Source: Pedosphaera sp. (GTDB taxonomy: Bacteria; Verrucomicrobiota; Verrucomicrobiia; Limisphaerales; SIBH01). From it: a DNA stretch of 22,450 nt. The DNA lies in contig JANOQV010000268.1 in assembly GCA_031414955.1 (NCBI GenBank), positions 1-22,450 of the forward strand, given 5' to 3'. Below, piece after piece: positions 16,133-22,450 of the stretch; within the stretch, counting starts at the first letter, position 1; each line of letters opens with the position of its first letter. A model generated the notes under the pieces. It saw nothing but the letters and a program-made list of their open reading frames with translations, was not told where the DNA came from and did not search any database. Made by a program: the position numbers and the translations under genes.

Positions 16133-17455
16133 ATGCCCAAATTTAATTACGTGGCGATGGATTCCAAGGGGGTTGAAACCAAAGGCACTCTGGACGTGTC
16201 CAGTCAGAACGAGGCCATCGGCCGGCTGAAGGAGATGGGCTATTTCCCCACCAAAGTGACGCAGGCTGAAACCCCCAAGGACAAGGGATCGGCCAAGGCC
16301 AAGGCACCCGCCGGCAAGGGGGGGAAGAAGGGCGCGCTGCAGGTCAACCTCAACATCAAGATTCCCGGCCTGAGCGGGCGCGTGAAACCGAAGATCTTGT
16401 GCGTGTTCACCCGGCAACTGGCCACGCTGGTTGATGCCGGCCTCCCGTTGCTGCGCGGCCTGCGCGTGCTCGAAAAGCAGGAACGCAATCTGACCCTCAA
16501 GGAAATCATCGGAAAAGTAGGCGGTGCGATCGAAGGGGGCAGCACCTTCTCGGAGGGATTGGCCCAGCACCCCAAGGTTTTCAACAAACTGTTCGTGAAC
16601 ATGGTCAAGGCTGGCGAACTCGGCGGTGTGCTCGAGGTGGTGCTGGCCCGTTTGTCTGAGTTCATGGAGAAGGCGGAGAAGATCAAGGGCAAGGTCATCG
16701 CCGCCATGTTTTATCCCGTGGCCGTCATGGTCGTGGCCGTGGGCATTCTCGCCATGCTGATGATTGTCGTGGTGCCCAAGTTTGAGGTGATCTTTGTGGA
16801 CATGCTCGGGCCGGGCAAGCAGTTGCCCGCTTTCACCCGCTTCGTAATTGGCATCAGCAATACGATCAAGGATCACACTATCCTCACCATCGTTCTGGTA
16901 ATCGTGCTGGGCATCGCCTTTGCCGTCTGGAAGCGAACCAAAGGCGGGCGATTTCTCGTGGACAAGTTCAAGCTCAAGATGCCGGTCCTCGGCCCGGTTT
17001 TCAGCAAAGTGGCCATCTCGCGCTTTGCGCGGACGCTCGGCACGCTCGTCAGCAGTGGTGTGCCTATTCTCCAGGCGCTGACCATTGTGAAGGAGACCTC
17101 CGGTAACGTCGTCGTGGGTGGAGCCGTGACTGCAATTCACGAGAGTGTCAAAGAAGGCGAAACCATCACCGCCCCGCTCGAAGCCTCCAACGTCTTCCCG
17201 CCCATGGTCATCAGCATGGTCGATGTCGGGGAGCAAACCGGCGCCTTGCCTGAGATGCTCATGAAGATCGCCGACAACTACGACGACGAGGTGGACAACG
17301 CTGTGGCCGCCATGACCTCGCTCTTGGAACCGATCATGATTGTTTTTCTGGCCGTTATCGTCGGCAGCATCGTTATTGCGATGTTTCTGCCCTTGATTCA
17401 GATCATCAGCGAACTCGGTGAAAGTCCTGACGCTGGGGCTGTGGCGGATAAATAG
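16133..17455 (+). CDS. pilC: Type IV pilus inner-membrane platform protein (PilC/GspF)
   Basis: MPKFNYVAMD..G, FTRQLATLVDAGLPLL, GELGGVLE, AMFYP, RFARTLGTLVSSGVPIL, GEQTGAL, LLEPIMI. Start placed at ATG 16133. Confidence 0.95.
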   Translation: MPKFNYVAMDSKGVETKGTLDVSSQNEAIGRLKEMGYFPTKVTQAETPKDKGSAKAKAPAGKGGKKGALQVNLNIKIPGLSGRVKPKILCVFTRQLATLVDAGLPLLRGLRVLEKQERNLTLKEIIGKVGGAIEGGSTFSEGLAQHPKVFNKLFVNMVKAGELGGVLEVVLARLSEFMEKAEKIKGKVIAAMFYPVAVMVVAVGILAMLMIVVVPKFEVIFVDMLGPGKQLPAFTRFVIGISNTIKDHTILTIVLVIVLGIAFAVWKRTKGGRFLVDKFKLKMPVLGPVFSKVAISRFARTLGTLVSSGVPILQALTIVKETSGNVVVGGAVTAIHESVKEGETITAPLEASNVFPPMVISMVDVGEQTGALPEMLMKIADNYDDEVDNAVAAMTSLLEPIMIVFLAVIVGSIVIAMFLPLIQIISELGESPDAGAVADK

Positions 17456-17475
17456 GCTTTTCCGGTTGGGTAAGC

Positions 17476-17537
17476 GTCAACCGGGTTGACACGTCCTTAC
17501 ACGCCGTGTAAATACATTGCACATACAAAGCATGTGC
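17476..17537 (+). promoter_or_regulatory. Internal promoter/operator region with three adjacent inverted repeats
   Basis: GTCAACC-G-GGTTGAC (17476-17490), TTACACG-C-CGTGTAA (17497-17511) and GCACAT-N7-ATGTGC (17519-17537). TTGACA at 17486-17491; the -10 is only weak (TAAATA at 17-nt spacing). Locally AT-richer. Confidence 0.65.
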
Positions 17538-17553
17538 GAATGAATTACATCGT

Positions 17554-17844
17554 ATGGATTTCGACTGGAACAATCCGCCGTTCAATCTGAACGCTTCGAT
17601 AGCCCTGAAGGACATTGAGGAGTCCTTCGAGGATCCTTTCGCCACGCGCTTACTGCCCAGTTCTTCCCGGTTTTCCGTTCAGGCTCGTTACATCAACCTT
17701 GGCTTGTCCTCGAACGGGGCCGGGGTGTTCAGCGTTTACCGCACCAACGGCAAGATTTTCCGGGTTCTCCACGCCCGTCCGTTCGAGCCAGAGGAGAAGT
17801 TTTTCTACCAGCGCAGAGTCGATCAAACCCTCGGACAGACATGA
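17554..17844 (+). CDS. BrnT-like toxin-fold protein (degenerate)
   Basis: MDFDW...IEESFEDP...ARY..LG...VY......RVLHARP....E..FY follows the BrnT pattern (FEWD, F.DP, R...IG, RIISAR, E...Y) but lacks the K...N..KHG segment. Confidence 0.72.
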   Translation: MDFDWNNPPFNLNASIALKDIEESFEDPFATRLLPSSSRFSVQARYINLGLSSNGAGVFSVYRTNGKIFRVLHARPFEPEEKFFYQRRVDQTLGQT

Positions 17845-18149
17845 ATACATTTTCCAATTGGGATGAGGTGCCCCTGTTCGACAGCGAGCAGGCCGAATCG
17901 GCCTTCTGGATCGAGAACCGGCCGGACATCCGGTTGATGGAATCAGCGGTCGCGGGCAGCGAGTTGTCCGAATCAATCAGCGTCACCCTTCGCATCGATC
18001 CGCGAATGCTCGCCCGCATCAAGCGTCTGGCCCGCTCGCGCTATCTGAATTACCAGAGCATGATCAAGCAGTGGCTCAGCGAGCGCATGGAAGAGGAGTT
18101 GCGCGGGATGAACTACCGCTCGAACGAGAACCGCAATTCGCACTCTTGA
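17841..18149 (+). CDS. CopG-family (BrnA-type) ribbon-helix-helix antitoxin-like protein
   Basis: VP.F.SE..E..FW...D followed by SVTLRIDPRMLARIKRLAR...LNYQSMIKQWLSER. ATGA overlap with the BrnT-like gene. Confidence 0.8.
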   Translation: MNTFSNWDEVPLFDSEQAESAFWIENRPDIRLMESAVAGSELSESISVTLRIDPRMLARIKRLARSRYLNYQSMIKQWLSERMEEELRGMNYRSNENRNSHS

Positions 18150-18150
18150 A

Positions 18151-18783
18151 ATGAAACCGCGCCGTTCAACCATAGCCTCCGCCTTCAGTTTGATCGAACT
18201 GCTGGTGGTCATTGCCATCATCATCGTGGTGGCGGGGTTGGTGGTCGGGTTGAGCACGGCGGCGACGGATAGGAAGAACATCAGCCGCGCGCAGGCCGAG
18301 CGGGATCGGCTGGTGACGTTGATTGAGAATTACAAATCCCGGCTGGGCGTGTATCCCCCCGACCACATCAACAGTCCGGGACAGAACACGTTGCTCTACG
18401 AACTGGCCGGGGCCACCTGTGACCGTTCCGTGCCCAATCCTCTCTACCAGACCCGGTTTGGGGACATCCTCACCAGCGACATCGTGACCGTCTTCGGCAC
18501 GAACGGCATCATCAACGCCTCCGACTTCACTCCTTTGCTGGATGATCCCACGGAGCGAAGGCCCGTGCATCAGGTGCTCAAAGATTTGAAGCCCGACCAG
18601 CGCGCCTCATTGGCTCCGAACACACTTTCGCTCGTCATTCCCATCGACGGACCTTCGGGCCGGCCCAACCCTTGGAAATACCTGGTCGGCGAGCACGCCG
18701 TGCATAACAAGGAATCTTTCGACCTCTGGGTGGAAATCAAGGTGCGGGGACAGATGCGCATCATTGGGAACTGGAAGGAATAA
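18151..18783 (+). CDS. Prepilin / pseudopilin (class III signal peptide), GspG-like
   Basis: MKPRRSTIASA|FSLIELLVVIAII (Glu at +5), 11-aa leader; Y...LGVYPPD, NPWKY, HN.ESFDLW. Confidence 0.88.
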   Translation: MKPRRSTIASAFSLIELLVVIAIIIVVAGLVVGLSTAATDRKNISRAQAERDRLVTLIENYKSRLGVYPPDHINSPGQNTLLYELAGATCDRSVPNPLYQTRFGDILTSDIVTVFGTNGIINASDFTPLLDDPTERRPVHQVLKDLKPDQRASLAPNTLSLVIPIDGPSGRPNPWKYLVGEHAVHNKESFDLWVEIKVRGQMRIIGNWKE

Positions 18784-19608
18784 ATGAAAACATTCAGCAA
18801 CAAACTGCCGGCCGTCCTTAATCTGCCTGTCGAGTGGACGGATGAAGACTGGGCCAAGCCGCTCGTGGTCAGGACGCCCGCCACGCCGACCTGTCGCAAC
18901 CGTTTCGCCGCGCCCCGTCTGCCCTTGATGCGCGTTGGCCGCCCGGCCTCGCGTTATCGCCAGGGCTTCACCTTGATTGAATTGCTGGTCGTCATCTCCA
19001 TCATTGCGCTGCTCGCGGCGCTCTTGTTGCCCGTGCTGGCGAAGGTGAAGGAGAAATCCAAAATCACCCTGGCCAGGACCGATATGAGGACCATCGAGTC
19101 CGCCATTGCCCAATATCAGGCCACTTATTCTGTGGCGCCTACGCCCAAGCCCTTGCCCGGTGTCGATCCCATGCTCGGCTCTGATTTCAGCTTCAACGAG
19201 ACCAACAGTGACGTCATCGTCATCCTCATGGACATTGATGCCCTGGCCAACGCGAGCCATGCGCGTAACCCGCAGAAGCATGCCTTGCTGAATGCACCTT
19301 TGAAGCAAAACATCACGGGGCAGGGCGTCTCCACCATCGACTACAACTTTCGTGATCCGTGGGGCAACCCTTACGTCATCGCCTTCGACCTCGATTTCGA
19401 CAACGCTGTGGCGGTGACGAACAGTCCGGCGGGACAGAACACCTCCTTCCAGCCGCTCTATATTTACGAGCCGTACCCTTACACCCGCATTCCGCGCTCG
19501 ACGCTGATTTGGTCGCTGGGGCCGGATGGACAGGCGGAAAAGGGGATTCCAGGTCCAACCCTCGGCCAGGAACCCAAGAACAAGGACAACATCAAGGGCT
19601 GGCAATAA
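18784..19608 (+). CDS. Prepilin / pseudopilin, GspG-like, long leader
   Basis: RQG|FTLIELLVVISIIALLAALLLP; DPWGNPY and WSLGPDG motifs. ATG directly follows the upstream TAA. An alternative start at ATG 18928 would give a 13-aa leader. Confidence 0.88.
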   Translation: MKTFSNKLPAVLNLPVEWTDEDWAKPLVVRTPATPTCRNRFAAPRLPLMRVGRPASRYRQGFTLIELLVVISIIALLAALLLPVLAKVKEKSKITLARTDMRTIESAIAQYQATYSVAPTPKPLPGVDPMLGSDFSFNETNSDVIVILMDIDALANASHARNPQKHALLNAPLKQNITGQGVSTIDYNFRDPWGNPYVIAFDLDFDNAVAVTNSPAGQNTSFQPLYIYEPYPYTRIPRSTLIWSLGPDGQAEKGIPGPTLGQEPKNKDNIKGWQ

Positions 19609-20516
19609 TGAAGCTGCGCTCGCACAGTTTCTTGCTGCTTCGCGGTGCGCTGACTGCTCGATTGGCTCCGAACGGGCGGGCGGTTGGGCGGGCCGGTTTG
19701 GAATCCGACGCTCCGGGATCAGTCAGGTCGAACCCATGCCGGCCTCGCGCCTTCACCCTGATCGAGATGCTGGTCGTGCTCACCATCATCGCGCTCCTGG
19801 CGGCACTGGCGCTGCCGCACCTGCGTGGTGGCAGCGAGAGCGTGGCCATCAAGGCTGCCACCCAGCAACTTGCCCACGATCTGGCCTTTGCCCGGCAGAA
19901 GGCCATCGCGCAGCGCAGCACCGTGGCGGTGGTCTTCCTGTCCGGTGACGTCCTCGACATCAACAAACTGAATTACAATCTGCCCATCTACGATGCGGCG
20001 GAGAAGACCAACATCCTGCGGCTGCAAGGCGGCGTTTACACCCATTACGCCATCTACGCCTTTCGCCGCGTGGGGGAGCAGCCCGGCCAGTATTCCTCCG
20101 GCTATCTCACCGAGTGGAAGAGCCTGCCTGAGAAAACTTTCTTTGGCACCAACCAGTTCGATTCCGGTTTCCGCGACGTATTCAACCGCGCCGAGCCTTC
20201 GCCGGTTTACCAGATCAACTCCTTTCCCTTTCCCTTCTCCCGTTCCGCCCGGATGGACCTCCCGTACATCGCCTTCGATTTGGAAGGGCGCTGCCTGCGC
20301 GTGACCTCTGCCGTGACCGGATCGGGAACAACTTCGGCGGATGTGGAATTGGAAATCGCGCGCGGGGCCGTCTTCTTCGCCCGCGACGCGGCAGGTGCGG
20401 TCGATCAAAACAGCCTGCAGATTCAGGAAATCCCGCCGTTCAACTCCACCAACAATCTTGTTCGCGTGAACGCCCTCACCGGGCGGGCCGAGCGTTTTCT
20501 CCCGGAGGTCCCATGA
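19608..20516 (+). CDS. Minor pilin, FimT/GspH-like (Verru_Chthon cassette D-like)
   Basis: RA|FTLIEMLVVLTIIALLAALALP, QLAHDLAFARQKAI...STVAVVF, C-terminal V.VNALTGR. TAATG overlap at 19606-19610. Confidence 0.87.
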   Translation: MKLRSHSFLLLRGALTARLAPNGRAVGRAGLESDAPGSVRSNPCRPRAFTLIEMLVVLTIIALLAALALPHLRGGSESVAIKAATQQLAHDLAFARQKAIAQRSTVAVVFLSGDVLDINKLNYNLPIYDAAEKTNILRLQGGVYTHYAIYAFRRVGEQPGQYSSGYLTEWKSLPEKTFFGTNQFDSGFRDVFNRAEPSPVYQINSFPFPFSRSARMDLPYIAFDLEGRCLRVTSAVTGSGTTSADVELEIARGAVFFARDAAGAVDQNSLQIQEIPPFNSTNNLVRVNALTGRAERFLPEVP

Positions 20517-21169
20517 ATACCCGCGTCGCCATTTCCTCGAAAAATATTCAGGTGGATGGCCTCGCGCTGCGAGGCCATGCGCTCGCAGCGCGAGCGCATC
20601 CACCTCACGAGGCCGGCTTCACCATGGTGGAGATTGCCATCTCCATCGGCGTCATCGCCTTCGCCCTCGTGGCCATCATTGGCATTTTGCCCACCGGTCT
20701 CCAGACCCAGCGCGACAATCGTGAGGACACCATCGTGAACCAGGACGCCCGCGTGATTCTCGCCGCCATCAAGAGCGGTGGACGCGACGCGACCTCGGAC
20801 TTGGGGACATTCGTTCGCTGGATCAATGGTGTCCCCACCAACGGCATCCCCACCACCAACCTCGTGCAACTGCTCTCCGACACCACGCGCACCAATCTCG
20901 TCGTGCTCGCTTCCGTCTCCGGCGCGGTGGCCAATCGTGGCTCCGACCTGGGGTTCAACTATGAAATCCGCTCCGTGGTCACGCCCACCGATCTGGGCGG
21001 CAACGCCTGGGCGGACACCGCGTTTGAAGTCCGCCTCCGCTTCGCCTGGCCCGTGCTGCCCAGCGGCACCGTCAACTCCGACGCCAATACCTACATCGTC
21101 CGCTCACTGATCACCGGCTACCGCGATCCGGTCAGCAGCCTCATCTACGCGCAGGAGTACCGGCGATGA
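20513..21169 (+). CDS. Minor pilin, PilV/GspI-like (Verru_Chthon cassette B-like)
   Basis: AG|FTMVEIAISIGVIAFALVAIIGILPTGL; VRLRFAWP. ATGA overlap. Confidence 0.87.
   Translation: MNTRVAISSKNIQVDGLALRGHALAARAHPPHEAGFTMVEIAISIGVIAFALVAIIGILPTGLQTQRDNREDTIVNQDARVILAAIKSGGRDATSDLGTFVRWINGVPTNGIPTTNLVQLLSDTTRTNLVVLASVSGAVANRGSDLGFNYEIRSVVTPTDLGGNAWADTAFEVRLRFAWPVLPSGTVNSDANTYIVRSLITGYRDPVSSLIYAQEYRR
20550..20605. repeat. GTGG-type REP-like palindromic doublet inside a prepilin leader
   Basis: AGGTGGATGGCCTCGCGCTGCGAGGCC-AT-GCGCTCGCAGCGCGAGCGCATCCACCT: 27-nt arms 23/27 complementary, each arm forming a perfect 10-bp hairpin. Confidence 0.85.
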
Positions 21170-22212
21170 AACGAGCGACTAATCAATTTGTGGTGCGTGA
21201 ATGCCAACGCGAGGAGAAGCGTTCGGAAGTGGCGGTTGCCCGTAGCGCAGATTTTCAATCTGCCGTATCGCCGAGTTGCACTCGGCAGGGTCGCTGTGGT
21301 CTCGCGGCGTTCAGCAAATCGAGGCGTCTGCGGATTGCAAATCCGCGAAACGGCAGATTGCAAATCTGCGCTACGTCCGCCCTCACCCTGCTCGAGATGA
21401 TGGTCGCGGTCACGCTCCTGGCCGTGATCATGGTCGGCCTGCTTATGATGTTCAACCAGACGCAGAAGGCCCTGCACATCGCCAGCCAGCAGAGCGACGT
21501 CTTCGAGGCCACCCGCGCCACGGTGCAGATGATCAGCCGCGACCTGACCGAGGTGAGCGACTTCAACCGGCCGGGCGTGATCAACTGCTACTCAACCAAT
21601 CTCGCGAGTCCGCTGGGCGGAGGCGGGATTGCCCTGCCTTTCGGAACCAACCAACTGTTGAACTTCGGCGAAGCCTTCTGGCTGACCCGCGCCAATGACC
21701 AGTGGACGGGGGTGGGCTACTACGTGGTCGGCACGAACTCCGGTATCGGCACCCTGTATCGCTTCTTCGAACCCACGGACGCGGCCGGTGCTCCGCAACT
21801 CCTCGGGCACTTTTTCTTCTACACCAACTCCCCGGTGATGGAAGGCGTGGTCCACTTCGCCATGAGCGCCGTGTACGTGACCAATCATTCCGGCTTCGCC
21901 GACAATCCGAGCACGAGCTTCGAGCGCGCCGGGACTTTTGAGTTTCCATTTTCCTATGTCGAAACGAACAGCGTGGGGACGAACAAGATTCCCGTGACCA
22001 CGCGCATCGCGCTCCCCGCCTTCATCGATATTGAGTTCGGCGTGCTCGAGCCGGCGGCGCTCAGGCAATACCAGACCATCGCGGCCGCTACCCCGGGGAC
22101 CGCCGTGGCCCAGAACTTTTTGCTCAACCATGTCGGGCAGGTGCATTTCTTCCGCGAGCGCGTGCCCGTCCGAAATTTCGTGAACCCTTATCGTGCCCAT
22201 GAAGCTCCGTAA
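21166..22212 (+). CDS. Minor pilin, PilW/GspJ-like (Verru_Chthon cassette C-like)
   Basis: SA|LTLLEMMVAVTLLAVIMVGLLMMFNQTQKA...DVFEATRATVQMISRDL, VGYYV, LPAFIDIEFGVLEP. ATGA overlap. Confidence 0.87.
   Translation: MKRATNQFVVRECQREEKRSEVAVARSADFQSAVSPSCTRQGRCGLAAFSKSRRLRIANPRNGRLQICATSALTLLEMMVAVTLLAVIMVGLLMMFNQTQKALHIASQQSDVFEATRATVQMISRDLTEVSDFNRPGVINCYSTNLASPLGGGGIALPFGTNQLLNFGEAFWLTRANDQWTGVGYYVVGTNSGIGTLYRFFEPTDAAGAPQLLGHFFFYTNSPVMEGVVHFAMSAVYVTNHSGFADNPSTSFERAGTFEFPFSYVETNSVGTNKIPVTTRIALPAFIDIEFGVLEPAALRQYQTIAAATPGTAVAQNFLLNHVGQVHFFRERVPVRNFVNPYRAHEAP
21241..21375. repeat. GTAG-type REP/REPIN-like 135-bp inverted element, in frame in a prepilin leader
   Basis: 48-nt arms (21241-21288 and 21328-21375) are 42/48 complementary, CGTAGCGCAGATT...AATCTGCGCTACG, with two internal hairpins per arm. 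Spans exactly 45 codons. Confidence 0.92.
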
Positions 22213-22450
22213 ATCACCTGGTCAGGCAGTCGATGGAGCGCCGGCCTCCGGCCCCGTTTCTCCCTCGCCCCTCCACGGGGAGAGGGCCGGGAACGGACTG
22301 GCGCTCTCGCCATGCCAAAAGCCCTTTGGCGTCACCACCCTTCACCCTCAATCCCTGCCCATGAACCGGAGCGGGGGGGGGGCCCCCCGCGGGGGGGTTG
22401 GGCCCCCCCCACCCCCCCGGGGCCGCCGCGGCGCGGCCCCGGGGGGGGGG
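22199..22450 (+). CDS. Probable 5' part of the next pilin-cluster gene (PilX/GspK-like by position)
   Basis: ATG overlaps the end of the previous gene. Reads MKLRKSPGQAVDGAPASGPVSPSPLHGERAGNG...HPQSLPMNR with no stop before the window end. Identity inferred only from gene order. Confidence 0.5.
   Translation, partial: MKLRKSPGQAVDGAPASGPVSPSPLHGERAGNGLALSPCQKPFGVTTLHPQSLPMNRSGGGAPRGGVGPPPPPRGRRGAAPGGG
22235..22360. repeat. Composite palindromic repeat remnants (GGAGCGCCGG half-element plus CCCTC-CCCC/GGGGAGAGGG hairpin)
   Basis: GGAGCGCCGGCCTCCGGCCC at 22235; hairpin CCCTCGCCCC-TCCAC-GGGGAGAGGG (22262-22286, 9/10 paired); CACCACCCTTCACCCTCAATCCCT further downstream. Confidence 0.65.
22372..22450. 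other. Poly-G/poly-C low-complexity tail, probably unreliable contig-end sequence
   Basis: Several G and C homopolymer runs of 6-11 nt, unlike the rest of the window. Confidence 0.7.

Noticed and set aside
21241..21375. Possible CRISPR array from the recurring GATTGCAAATC units
   Set aside because: Units are arranged as inverted arms without regular unique spacers, and no cas genes are present.
22372..22450. G-quadruplex or phase-variable homopolymer tract
   Set aside because: It lies at the extreme end of the sequence and looks like low-quality base calls; cannot be trusted without reads.

Overview
GC-rich bacterial window, most likely Verrucomicrobiota (inferred from the gene repertoire, the Verru_Chthon-cassette-like minor pilins and the repeat types). 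From left to right: the tail of a planctomycete-type cytochrome c domain protein; a decayed patch with an amidohydrolase C-terminal fragment and a DUF4055/phage-portal-like fragment; ispA; a 175-bp MITE-like element sitting in the hemC stop codon; the ccsA/hemX-hemA-hemC operon (minus strand); a cupin; a secreted DUF1593 plus alpha/beta-hydrolase fusion; a second secreted alpha/beta hydrolase; a DeaD-type helicase; then a type IV pilus/T2SS-like locus (pilB1-pilT-pilB2-pilC, a BrnT-like/CopG-like pair, and at least five tightly coupled prepilin genes). Two signals stand out. (1) The prepilin leader peptides are abnormally long (35-72 aa), and several carry different REP-like palindromic elements in frame, as if the cleaved leaders were safe landing sites for these elements. 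(2) A degenerate toxin-antitoxin-like pair with its own palindrome-rich promoter region lies directly ahead of the pilin genes. All family assignments come from motif recognition by eye; no searches were run.
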